Assembly: GCA_003567655.1 (NCBI GenBank)
Contig: PWZA01000008.1
Location: forward strand, 1 to 44,489
Length of the DNA: 44,489 nt
Origin: Dehalococcoidia bacterium
Lineage (GTDB): Bacteria > Chloroflexota > Dehalococcoidia > GIF9 > AB-539-J10
Direction of reading: 5' to 3'
The position numbers and the translations under genes are program-made. Under the pieces are notes generated by a model that did not search any database, was not told the DNA's origin, and saw only the letters and a program-made list of their open reading frames with translations. Within the stretch, counting starts at the first letter, position 1. Every line of letters starts with the position of its first letter. Below, in pieces: positions 16,812-25,857 of this stretch.

Positions 16812-17954
16812 TTATTTCGTGCCCAGTATCTGGCGGGCGATCGTCCACCTCTGCATCTCCGATGTGCCTTCATAGATCTCGGTGATCCTCTGGTCACGGT
16901 AGTAGCGCTCCACGGCAAAGTCCTTGGTATAACCATAGCCACCGAATATCTGGAGAGCCTTGTTGCATACTCTATGTGCTGCCTCAGAGGCGAATACCTT
17001 GGCCATTGCCGCTTCCTTGGGAGGAGCATGGCCTTCCTTCTTTGTTAACCAGGCACCGCGGTAGGTCAGCAAGCGCGCTGCATCTATCTCCGTGGCCATA
17101 TCGGCGATCATCCACTGGATCGCCTGAAGGCGCGCCAACTCGGTATCGAACTGCTTCCTCTCTTTGGTATAGGCAACGGCCGCATCATAGGCAGCCTGAG
17201 CAATGCCCAGTGCCTGAGCAGCTATGCTGACTCTGCTGGCATCTATGCCCTGCAACGCTATCTTGAAGCCCTTACCTTCTTCTCCCAGCATATTGGTAGC
17301 CGGTATCCTGCAGTCATCGAAGATAAGCTCCGCTACTGAAGCAGGGTGCAGACCCATCTTCTTCTCCAGTTTACCTACAGAGAAACCCTTGGTACCCTTA
17401 TCTACGACAAAGGCACTGATACCGCGATAGCCCATGGATCTGTCCTTGGTCGCGAAGGTCGTCACGAAATCTGCCTCCGCGCCGTTGCTTATGAAGATCT
17501 TGGTCCCGTTGAGTACATAGTGATCTCCATCCCTGACATACCTGGTCTCCAGACCGGCAACATCGCTGCCAGCCATTGCTTCAGTCAGGGCGAAGGCCAC
17601 TATGGACCCATCTATTACGCGGGGAATATAGTTGCCCTTGTGCCCTTCATCACCATGCATCACGATGGGATACATGGCCAGGCCAAGGCTAACGAGATAC
17701 GCAACGCCCAGACCGGCAGAGGCCCGGGAGATCTCCTCACTCGCTATGGTGAAAGTCACCTCATCTCCGCTTCCTCCATACTGCTCAGGGAAGTGAACGC
17801 CGCACAGTCCGGCATCAGCCATCTTCTTATACGTCTCACGGGGAAACTCATTGGACTCATCCCACTTAGCAGCGTTCGGTTCGATCTCACGGGCACAAAA
17901 ATCCCGCACCATCGTCTGGAACATCTTATCTTCTTCGCTGAATCCGAAATCCAT
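16812..17954 (-). CDS. Short-chain acyl-CoA dehydrogenase (butyryl-CoA dehydrogenase-like)
   Basis: FALTEAMAGSD, LNGTKIFISNG, RKQF, GGYGY and IYEGTSE with catalytic Glu. Confidence 0.93.
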   Translation of the reverse strand: MDFGFSEEDKMFQTMVRDFCAREIEPNAAKWDESNEFPRETYKKMADAGLCGVHFPEQYGGSGDEVTFTIASEEISRASAGLGVAYLVSLGLAMYPIVMHGDEGHKGNYIPRVIDGSIVAFALTEAMAGSDVAGLETRYVRDGDHYVLNGTKIFISNGAEADFVTTFATKDRSMGYRGISAFVVDKGTKGFSVGKLEKKMGLHPASVAELIFDDCRIPATNMLGEEGKGFKIALQGIDASRVSIAAQALGIAQAAYDAAVAYTKERKQFDTELARLQAIQWMIADMATEIDAARLLTYRGAWLTKKEGHAPPKEAAMAKVFASEAAHRVCNKALQIFGGYGYTKDFAVERYYRDQRITEIYEGTSEMQRWTIARQILGTK

Positions 17955-18093
17955 ATAGCCTCCTTTATGCGCTATCTAAGAACCTCCTCACACTGCAGAC
18001 CAAACAGCGATGCTCAACTGTACCGCAGTTTCCTTATGCTGTTCTCCGGAAGAGGGCATCGCGGTCGGACTGCCTATCCCTGCCTCAGGCCTG

Positions 18094-18123
18094 ATTTTAC
18101 ATCTGGGCACCTATCGAGGTCAA
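18094..18123 (-). promoter_or_regulatory. Promoter of the acyl-CoA dehydrogenase/mutase operon
   Basis: TTGACC-N18-TAAAAT on the minus strand, back-to-back with the hppA promoter. Confidence 0.55.
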
Positions 18124-18134
18124 TTGCTTGGTCG

Positions 18135-18163
18135 TTGACGGATAGAGCCTCCTGTATTACACT
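18135..18163 (+). promoter_or_regulatory. Promoter of hppA
   Basis: TTGACG-N17-TACACT. Confidence 0.65.
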
Positions 18164-18188
18164 TACTCCTCGAACACGCCCGTTACCC

Positions 18189-18245
18189 CGAACACAGGTT
18201 AAGATGGCACCCGAAACCGGCGTTAGTGCCCTGGTCGTGTGCCCG
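18189..18245 (+). ncRNA. Candidate cation (Na+)-sensing riboswitch-like leader
   Basis: CACA-GGTTAAG-AT-GGCAC...GTGCC-CTGGTCG-TGTG nested stems in the hppA 5' UTR; resemblance to DUF1646/nhaA-I motifs is from memory. Confidence 0.45.
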
Positions 18246-18260
18246 AAAGGAAGGTGAGCT

Positions 18261-20360
18261 ATGGATCTAGTCTGGATCGGTGTGATCGCTGGACTTGTGG
18301 GAGCAGCGGTGGTTGCATACTTCGTGCGGTATGTTCTGAGGCAGTACCCGGGATCGGAGAGGATCAGAGAGATTTCCGATGCCATCAAAGAAGGGGGGCT
18401 TGCTTTCATACACAGGGAGTACCGCACACTGGGTGTTGTGATAGCTGTGATCGCAATGATCCTTGCAATCGTGCCTGACCTGGGCTGGAGGATATCTGTA
18501 GCATTTGTCTTCGGAGCCTTATCCTCCATGGGGGCAGGATATGCCGGCATGAACATAGCTCTCAGGGCGAATGGCCGCACATGCGCAGCAGCACAGAAAA
18601 GCCTGAACCAGGGGCTGAAGGTATCTTTCAGGGGAGGAGCGGTCATGGGGTTGACGGTGGTAAGCGTCGGCCTCATAGGTCTATCTATTCTGTACTTCGC
18701 CTGGCATGATCTTCCCGGCTTTCGGTTTCTGTTTGTAATCCCTGCTTATGGAACCGGTGCTTCACTGGTAGCCCTGTTCTCCAGAGTTGGTGGGGGGATC
18801 TTCACCAAGGGGGCGGATGCCGGCGCCGACCTGGTGGGTAAGATAGAGGCAGGAATACCTGAGGATGATCCCAGGAATGCCGCAGTGATAGCCGACAACG
18901 TGGGCGACAACGTAGGTGATGTATGCGGCATGGGCGCTGACCTCTTCGAGTCCTATGTGCAGACAGTTATTGCTACCATGACACTTACTACTGTCGGCGT
19001 CGTGGTAGCCCCATGGGTTACGGAAACCCTGTTTCCTGGCCTTCCGGAGGCACTTGCTCTGCAACACGCCTGGTGGCTACCCATACTGATAATGGCGGGG
19101 GGAATTCTGGCCTCCGTCATCGGCTGCTTCCTGGTCAGAATAGGAGAGAAGCTGGAGATGGCCGCCCTACTGGGAGCTTTGCGCCGCGGCACACTGGGAG
19201 CCACGATCCTCGCCGCGGTATTCGGCTTCCTGGTAATCCACTTCCTGGGTGCCAGTTTAGGGCTCTTCTGGGCCATGCTTGCCGGTCTTGTCGCCGGCGC
19301 ATTGATAGGGGAAAGCACCAACTACTTCACCTCTTATGCCTTCAAGCCAACTCAAGAGATCTCCGAAGCCTCCACTACGGGTGCCGGCTCTACTATCATC
19401 CGGGGCTTCGCCACCGGCATGATGAGCACGTGGCCGCCGATAGTCCTGATAGCTATAGCGATTGTCGTATCCTTCCAGTTCGGCAGCTTCTATGGGGTTG
19501 CCCTCGCCTGCGTAGGCATGTTATCTACACTGGGAGTAACACTGGCTACAGATGCCTACGGCCCCATAGCTGACAATGCCGGAGGAATAACCACACAAGC
19601 CGGGTTGCCTGATGAGGTCCGCGAGAGGACAGATGCCCTGGATTCTCTGGGGAATACCACTGCAGCGACAGGTAAAGGATTTGCCATCGGCGCTGCGGCT
19701 ATGAACTCACTGGGCCTGATTCTGGCTTTTTCTATGGCCGTGGGCATCGTGACGATTTCATCCGCCGGAGAACTCATGCTGCCCGAAGCTCTGAGTCTAC
19801 TCAGTGTGCCAATCATAGTCGGTCTGATACTGGGTGCCCTTATGCCTCCCGTCTTCTGCGCCATGACCATGAAGGCGGTGGGGGTGACAACGGCGGCGAT
19901 CATAGAAGAGGTCCGCCGGCAATGGCGCGAGATTAAGGGACTGATGGACGGGACAGTCCGACCTGAATACGGCAAGTGCGTGGATATTGCCACCAAGATA
20001 GCATTGAGACAGATGCTGCTTCCTTCAGTGATGACCATAGTCGCCCCGGTGATTGTTGGGATAGTGCTCGGCCGGTACGCCCTGGCCGGATTTCTCATCG
20101 GTGCCCTGGTTACCGGTCTTGTCCTCGCTATTACACTGAACAACACCGGTGGCGCCTGGGACAACGCCAAGAAGTGGATTGAGGCCGGCAAGTTTGGAGG
20201 CAAGGGCTCGGAGGCCCACAAGGCCAGTGTCGTGGGGGATACGGTGGGAGACCCAATGAAGGATACAGCCGGGCCATCACTTAACATAATGCTCAAGCTG
20301 ATGTCGGTAATCTCATTGATGCTAGCGCCCGTGTTGATGCACTTCCACGGCCTTATTTAG
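18261..20360 (+). CDS. hppA: Membrane-bound Na+/H+-translocating pyrophosphatase, K+-dependent type
   Basis: GGIFTKGADAGADLVGK, DNVGDNVGD, GNTTAATGKG and GDTVGDPMKD; many TM helices. Confidence 0.96.
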   Translation: MDLVWIGVIAGLVGAAVVAYFVRYVLRQYPGSERIREISDAIKEGGLAFIHREYRTLGVVIAVIAMILAIVPDLGWRISVAFVFGALSSMGAGYAGMNIALRANGRTCAAAQKSLNQGLKVSFRGGAVMGLTVVSVGLIGLSILYFAWHDLPGFRFLFVIPAYGTGASLVALFSRVGGGIFTKGADAGADLVGKIEAGIPEDDPRNAAVIADNVGDNVGDVCGMGADLFESYVQTVIATMTLTTVGVVVAPWVTETLFPGLPEALALQHAWWLPILIMAGGILASVIGCFLVRIGEKLEMAALLGALRRGTLGATILAAVFGFLVIHFLGASLGLFWAMLAGLVAGALIGESTNYFTSYAFKPTQEISEASTTGAGSTIIRGFATGMMSTWPPIVLIAIAIVVSFQFGSFYGVALACVGMLSTLGVTLATDAYGPIADNAGGITTQAGLPDEVRERTDALDSLGNTTAATGKGFAIGAAAMNSLGLILAFSMAVGIVTISSAGELMLPEALSLLSVPIIVGLILGALMPPVFCAMTMKAVGVTTAAIIEEVRRQWREIKGLMDGTVRPEYGKCVDIATKIALRQMLLPSVMTIVAPVIVGIVLGRYALAGFLIGALVTGLVLAITLNNTGGAWDNAKKWIEAGKFGGKGSEAHKASVVGDTVGDPMKDTAGPSLNIMLKLMSVISLMLAPVLMHFHGLI

Positions 20361-20455
20361 ACACGGCAATCGAGGCATGCTCTCAGAATAGGGGGCTTCC
20401 AACTCTTGCACAAGAAGCCTCGTAAAGCAGGGCTGACAGCCCGTTAGATTTCCTT

Positions 20456-20484
20456 TTGTGAACCACGAGCGGCGGTGCTACAAT
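20456..20484 (+). promoter_or_regulatory. uvrA promoter (probably yields a leaderless mRNA)
   Basis: TTGTGA-N17-TACAAT with extended TG; the -10 box ends 7 nt before ATG 20492 and there is no SD. Confidence 0.55.
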
Positions 20485-20491
20485 AGCGCAT

Positions 20492-23347
20492 ATGCCGGAT
20501 GCCATATTTGTCAAGGGAGCCAGAGAGCACAATCTTAAGAACATAGACGTCATCATCCCCCGGAATAGACTGGTGGTCATCACCGGCGTTTCAGGCTCGG
20601 GAAAGAGTTCTCTGGCCTTCGATACCATATATGCCGAGGGACAGCGTCGCTACGTGGAATCATTATCCGCCTACGCCCGGCAGTTCCTGGGGCAGATGGA
20701 GAAGCCGGACGTTGATTACATCGAAGGTCTCAGTCCGGCCATATCCATCGACCAGAAGGGACCGCCTCATAACCCCAGGTCAACAGTGGGCACCCTGACC
20801 GAGATCTACGACTATCTGCGCCTTCTCTTTGCTCGTATCGGGCATCCTCATTGCCCCGAGTGCGGGAGGGCGATCTCACGCCAGACGGTGCAGCAAATCG
20901 TCGACGCAGTAATGGAGATGCCCGAAGGTAGTCGCATCATGATCCTGGCGCCACTGGTCAGAGACCGCAAGGGTGAACACCAGGTTCTTCTCACGGATCT
21001 GCAAAAGGCAGGCTTTGTGAGGGTGAGGGTTGACGGACAGATTTATGACCTATCTGAGGAGCTTCAACTGGATAAGAACAGGAAGCACACCATTGAGGTA
21101 ATTGTAGACAGATTGGTGATAGAGAGAAACGAGAACGCCACACGGGTCGCTGACTCTATTGAGACAGCATTGAAGCTGGGGTCGGGCGTGGTGCTTGTCA
21201 AAGTGCTTGACGGCGAGGAATCTCTGTTCTCAGAGCACTTTGCCTGCGTATATTGCGGCATCAGCCTGGGCGAAATCGCTCCCAGGACATTTAGCTTCAA
21301 CAGCCCCTACGGAGCCTGCCCGGCATGCACCGGGCTGGGTCGTAACCTTGAAATCGACCCTAAGCTTGCCATACCGGATAAGAGGCTGAGCCTCGCCGAG
21401 GGAGCAATCCAACCATGGGCGAGGAACGGTCAGCTCAAGCCATGGTACGATGGCATACTTCAATCTCTCAGTCGTCGCTACGGCTTCTCGTTGTCCAGGC
21501 CTGTAAAGGACCTTAGCGAAGAGACACTGCATATGCTCCTTTACGGCAACGGGGGAGAGCCTGTTCCTGTGACATATGAAGACAGATACGGCAGAACACG
21601 CCAGTATTACGCCAATTTCGAAGGTGTGCTTCCAAACCTGGAGCGCCGTTACAGGGAGACAGATTCCGACAACATAAGGGCCGACATAGAGCGGTATATG
21701 ACATCCAACCCGTGTCTCACCTGCCAGGGCAGGAGACTGAAACCGGAGTCTCTGGCCGTTACTATCACCGACAGAAGCATAATGGACATCGCCACACTGC
21801 CTGTTACGAGATCTCTGGCCTGGGCAGAGCAACTGGGCGATAGTATCAGTACTCGCGAGCTCTCCATAGCTAAGCAGATTATCAGGGAGATTCAGGCCCG
21901 TCTGGGCTTCCTCAAAGACATAGGTCTGGGCTATCTGACGCTGGACCGTCCCTCAGCGACATTGAGCGGCGGTGAGGCTCAAAGAATTCGCCTGGCCACC
22001 CAGATCGGCAGCGGACTTACCGGTGTCCTCTATATCTGTGATGAGCCCACGGTGGGTCTGCATCCTGCCGACGGCTCTCGGCTGATAACAATGCTCAGTC
22101 ATCTAAGGGACCTGGACAATACAGTGATAATCGTTGAACACGATGAGGCAGTAATGAGAGCTGCTGACTACATAGTTGATATGGGACCCGGAGCCGGCAA
22201 GCAGGGAGGCAGTGTGGTTGCAGCAGGGTCACTAGAGGACATACTGAACTGTCCTCAGTCAGTAACGGGACAGTATCTCAGCAGGAAGAGGCAAATCCCG
22301 CTGCCGTGCAAGCGCCGAGCGGGCTCGGGAGAGGAACTGATAATCAAGGGGGCCAGAGAAAACAACCTGAAGGGGATTGATGGGCATATCCCGCTAGGCA
22401 GATTTGTCTGCATTACCGGCGTATCCGGAAGCGGTAAGAGCTCGCTTATCAACGAGGTGCTGTACAAAGGTTTGACCCGCCTCCTTTATCGAGCCAAGGA
22501 AAGGCCTGGAGAGTGTGACAGTATCCGGGGTATCGAGCACATCGATAAGGTGGTCAACATCGACCAATCACCGATCGGTCGTACGCCGCGGAGCAATCCT
22601 GGCACCTATACGGGAACGTTCACGCCTGTTCGTGAGCTCTTTGCCGCTGTTCCCGAGGCAAGGATGCGGGGATATCAACCGGGACGCTTCTCCTTCAACG
22701 TTAAAGGCGGGAGGTGTGAGGCCTGCCAGGGAGCAGGCTACGTTCAGATAGAGATGCAGTTTCTGGCCAATGTCACAGTTCCCTGCGAGGTATGCAAAGG
22801 CAAGAGGTATAACCGTGAAGCGCTGGAGATCAGTTTCAAGGACAGAAACATTGCCCAGGTGCTGGACATGACGGTGGAAGAAGCCTTGCTTTTCTTCCAG
22901 CACTTTCCCAGAGTGAACAACAAGCTGCAAACCCTGAGAGACGTAGGCCTTGGGTACATCCGCCTGGGACAGCCAGCTCCTACTCTCTCCGGGGGCGAGG
23001 CACAGCGTGTAAAACTGGCCGCCGAGCTATCACGTCGTTCCACAGGCAAGACCCTATATATACTCGACGAGCCGACCACAGGCCTGTCTTTCTCAGACAT
23101 TGCCTGCCTGCTCGGTGTGCTGCAGCGACTGGTAGAGCAGGGTAATACTGTGATCATCATTGAACACCAGCTTGATGTGATCAAGAATGCAGACTGGATC
23201 ATCGACCTCGGCCCCGGAGCAGGCGACGATGGCGGATATCTGGTGGGTGCGGGGACCCCTGAGGAGCTGGCAAAGAACGATGCCTCTTCCACAGGGCAGT
23301 ACCTGCGTGGTATATTATCACCGCAGCAAGAGAAGGTGCTAACATGA
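20492..23347 (+). CDS. uvrA: Excinuclease ABC subunit A
   Basis: GAREHNLKN, two [10 protein letters not shown] Walker A motifs, two LSGGEAQR signatures and zinc fingers. Confidence 0.98.
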   Translation: MPDAIFVKGAREHNLKNIDVIIPRNRLVVITGVSGSGKSSLAFDTIYAEGQRRYVESLSAYARQFLGQMEKPDVDYIEGLSPAISIDQKGPPHNPRSTVGTLTEIYDYLRLLFARIGHPHCPECGRAISRQTVQQIVDAVMEMPEGSRIMILAPLVRDRKGEHQVLLTDLQKAGFVRVRVDGQIYDLSEELQLDKNRKHTIEVIVDRLVIERNENATRVADSIETALKLGSGVVLVKVLDGEESLFSEHFACVYCGISLGEIAPRTFSFNSPYGACPACTGLGRNLEIDPKLAIPDKRLSLAEGAIQPWARNGQLKPWYDGILQSLSRRYGFSLSRPVKDLSEETLHMLLYGNGGEPVPVTYEDRYGRTRQYYANFEGVLPNLERRYRETDSDNIRADIERYMTSNPCLTCQGRRLKPESLAVTITDRSIMDIATLPVTRSLAWAEQLGDSISTRELSIAKQIIREIQARLGFLKDIGLGYLTLDRPSATLSGGEAQRIRLATQIGSGLTGVLYICDEPTVGLHPADGSRLITMLSHLRDLDNTVIIVEHDEAVMRAADYIVDMGPGAGKQGGSVVAAGSLEDILNCPQSVTGQYLSRKRQIPLPCKRRAGSGEELIIKGARENNLKGIDGHIPLGRFVCITGVSGSGKSSLINEVLYKGLTRLLYRAKERPGECDSIRGIEHIDKVVNIDQSPIGRTPRSNPGTYTGTFTPVRELFAAVPEARMRGYQPGRFSFNVKGGRCEACQGAGYVQIEMQFLANVTVPCEVCKGKRYNREALEISFKDRNIAQVLDMTVEEALLFFQHFPRVNNKLQTLRDVGLGYIRLGQPAPTLSGGEAQRVKLAAELSRRSTGKTLYILDEPTTGLSFSDIACLLGVLQRLVEQGNTVIIIEHQLDVIKNADWIIDLGPGAGDDGGYLVGAGTPEELAKNDASSTGQYLRGILSPQQEKVLT

Positions 23348-23904
23348 AAAGCCAGCTCGATAGGGGCAAGGTCCTTGATTCTATCTACGAGAACGTGCAC
23401 GATACTAACATGATCAAGCATATGCTGGCCACGGAGGCGATCATGCGTACCCTAGCCAAAAGGCTCGGGGAGGACGAGGACGAGTGGGGGCTGACAGGGC
23501 TGGTTCACGACATAGACACGGAACTGGTCAGTCATGACATGACCAGCCATAGTAGATTGGGAGCCGATATAGCCCGGGAACTCGGGGCAAACGACGCCAT
23601 GACTCATGCCATTTTGTGTCACAATGAGGCTCACGGTGTTCCTCGTGAAAGCAAACTGGATATGGCCCTCTTCTGTGCGGATCCTCTGAGCGGACTGATC
23701 ACCGCTGCTGCTCTTGTTCGCCCCGATAAGCTGAAGGGGCTGACTACCAAGTCGGTTATGAAGCGCTTTCGTGAGAAGAGCTTTGCTGCCGGAGTGGATC
23801 GGGAACAGGTGACGCAGTGTCAAGAGATCGGAATCGAGCTTGAAGAGTTCATAGATCTGGGAATCCAGGCGATGCAAGGAATCGCTTCAGACCTGGACCT
23901 GTGA
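23344..23904 (+). CDS. HD-domain metal-dependent hydrolase
   Basis: H...LVHDID...H...HN...D ligand pattern; ATGA-coupled to uvrA. Confidence 0.85.
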   Translation: MKSQLDRGKVLDSIYENVHDTNMIKHMLATEAIMRTLAKRLGEDEDEWGLTGLVHDIDTELVSHDMTSHSRLGADIARELGANDAMTHAILCHNEAHGVPRESKLDMALFCADPLSGLITAAALVRPDKLKGLTTKSVMKRFREKSFAAGVDREQVTQCQEIGIELEEFIDLGIQAMQGIASDLDL

Positions 23905-24537
23905 GATAACACCAAGCTCTCTAACCACATCAACGAAATTCTCCATAGGTCTGTATTCCAGGTTGTTCTCCCTGAAATATGCCAGCAATTCGCCCGTGGC
24001 GAAGACATGACGGGCTTGTCTTGCCGGCGCAATGTCAGAGTAGCCGTTACCCATATATATTACCCTGTACCCCGACTCCAGGAATGATCGAATGTATGCC
24101 TCCTTGAAACCATCTGCCAGTTGCTGACCATCGGGCCCTATATACTGAACCTTGATCCCTCCGGGATGAAAGCAGGCCTGTGCCGCGTGAACCTCCACGT
24201 TCTCCAAGCCTAACTCCTTAAGGGTGGAATCTATGTAGAAATCCAGACCGTTACTCACGATGGCAAATCTGAGGCCTCTTCTCACGCAGTAATCCACCAT
24301 GTCACAGAAACCCTCCCGCACTCTGACCTTATCCTTCAGGATATCAAGCACCGTCTGTTTGTCCTCCTTGACCATGGCAAAAGCTCTGGTATTGAACTCC
24401 AAAACCGATGTCTTCCGTTCTCTGTACTCTTTAAGCAATTGTCGCCAGTCTCCCCGGGCATAGGCATCGAGGATGAAGAAGCTAGCATCTCCCTCTGTTA
24501 TGGTTCCGTCGAAATCACATTGAACCATTGTTCTCAT
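23887..24537 (-). CDS. HAD-IB phosphatase (MtnX-like)
   Basis: CDFDGTIT motif I, IVSNG, K and YMGNGYSD; start trimmed to ATG 24537. Confidence 0.85.
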   Translation of the reverse strand: MRTMVQCDFDGTITEGDASFFILDAYARGDWRQLLKEYRERKTSVLEFNTRAFAMVKEDKQTVLDILKDKVRVREGFCDMVDYCVRRGLRFAIVSNGLDFYIDSTLKELGLENVEVHAAQACFHPGGIKVQYIGPDGQQLADGFKEAYIRSFLESGYRVIYMGNGYSDIAPARQARHVFATGELLAYFRENNLEYRPMENFVDVVRELGVISQVQV

Positions 24538-24747
24538 GGCATCGCACCCGTGCCTGCTGGAGAGTGTCATAGCACTGCTGGCATGGTCAAAGGCAGTATA
24601 GGTTAGCACATTGGATCCGCGGGATAAACCCGCCCGGATGAAGCACGGCTCTCCAAAAACCGGCCTTACACCCTTATTGCGGAACCAGCACACCCGCCGT
24701 TTCTGAAACGATCGGAGAGGGTTGGACCGGGCAACCAGAACAGCCAG

Positions 24748-24776
24748 TTGACACCACAATTATCTTGTGTTAAATT
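24748..24776 (+). promoter_or_regulatory. Promoter of the rpsL/ribosomal supercluster
   Basis: TTGACA-N17-TAAATT with extended TG. Confidence 0.75.
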
Positions 24777-24915
24777 GTGAGGTTGGTGTCTACTAGCAGG
24801 TGAGAACTTAGAAAATAGCAAAAGCCGGCTGGCTTAAGCCGAGCCGAATTTTCCTAGTGTTGACCGGCGGATAACCAGGCGGCTTTTCACTTGCCTAGAA
24901 TAGGGGAACAGAAGT

Positions 24916-25329
24916 ATGCCGACGGTAAATCAGTTAGTTCGCAAAGGGCGTAAGAAGATCGGAAAGAAGAGCGACGTTCCGGCATTGCATTACGTCCGAA
25001 ATACAATGAAGGCCAGGGTTAGCTGGGGACAGGGAGCACCTCAGAAGAGAGGGGTATGCGTTCAGGTTAAGACGGTCACACCCAAGAAGCCTAACTCAGC
25101 GCTACGCAAAGTGGCCCGTGTCAGGCTGACCAACGGGATGGAAGTCAGCGCCTATATTCCGGGGGAGGGCCACAATCTTCAGGAGCACTCGGTGGTCCTG
25201 ATTCGTGGTGGTAGAGTGAAGGATGTTCCCGGGATTCGCTACCATATAGTACGTGGCACTTTGGACACAGAAGGAGTAGCCAACCGGAGGCGGGGTCGTA
25301 GTAGGTATGGAGCCAAGGCCCCGAAATAG
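24916..25329 (+). CDS. rpsL: 30S protein S12
   Basis: MPTVNQLVR and [17 protein letters not shown]. Confidence 0.98.
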   Translation: MPTVNQLVRKGRKKIGKKSDVPALHYVRNTMKARVSWGQGAPQKRGVCVQVKTVTPKKPNSALRKVARVRLTNGMEVSAYIPGEGHNLQEHSVVLIRGGRVKDVPGIRYHIVRGTLDTEGVANRRRGRSRYGAKAPK

Positions 25330-25341
25330 CAAGGATGTCAA

Positions 25342-25815
25342 ATGCCAAGAGACGCAAGAAGAGTAGTTAAGAGAACGCCACAACCCGACGCCAAATACGA
25401 CAGCGTGACGGTGTCGAAGTTCATCAACAGGCTTATGATACGCGGGCAAAAGGCCACGGCTGAGCGGATCGTCTACGATGCCCTGCAGATCGCTGCCGAG
25501 CAGGTCAATAGCAGTCCCGACGAAGCCCTTGAGCGAGCAATCAAGAGCGCGACGCCCCTTGTTATGGTGAAGTCACGCCGTGTAGGTGGCGCCACCTACC
25601 AGGTACCCATGGAGGTTGCGGAGGACCGGGGACGCGCCCTTGCTATGAGGTGGCTGATCGCCTCGGCGCGGGCCCGTAGCGGCAAGTCTATGAAAGTTAA
25701 GCTGGCAGCGGAGTTAGCGGACGCTATTCAGGGTCGAGGAGTCACAATCAAGAAACGAGAGGATATTCACAGGATGGCAGAGGCCAACAAGGCCTTTGCG
25801 CACTATCGCTGGTAA
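25342..25815 (+). CDS. rpsG: 30S protein S7
   Basis: [12 protein letters not shown] and [13 protein letters not shown]. Confidence 0.98.
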   Translation: MPRDARRVVKRTPQPDAKYDSVTVSKFINRLMIRGQKATAERIVYDALQIAAEQVNSSPDEALERAIKSATPLVMVKSRRVGGATYQVPMEVAEDRGRALAMRWLIASARARSGKSMKVKLAAELADAIQGRGVTIKKREDIHRMAEANKAFAHYRW

Positions 25816-25857
25816 AGAGCTGTGTCGAAAGCAGTACTTGAGGTAAAGGACAAACCC

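Noticed and set aside
17984-18060. 23-codon uORF (MPSSGEQHK...) in the acyl-CoA dehydrogenase leader
   Set aside because: No SD and no amino-acid run typical of attenuator peptides.
18171-18202. Twice-repeated CGAACAC, with GAAC-N4-GTTA resembling a LexA box
   Set aside because: Imperfect match upstream of a non-SOS gene; better explained by the RNA leader structure.
17346-20296. Long alternative ORFs (17346..18257 +, 18074..18676 -, 19556..20296 -) and similar antisense ORFs across the window
   Set aside because: They shadow well-supported genes on the opposite strand and have no motifs.
24538-24759. 74-aa N-terminal extension of the HAD phosphatase
   Set aside because: HAD motif I normally lies near the N-terminus, and the extension runs into the rpsL promoter.
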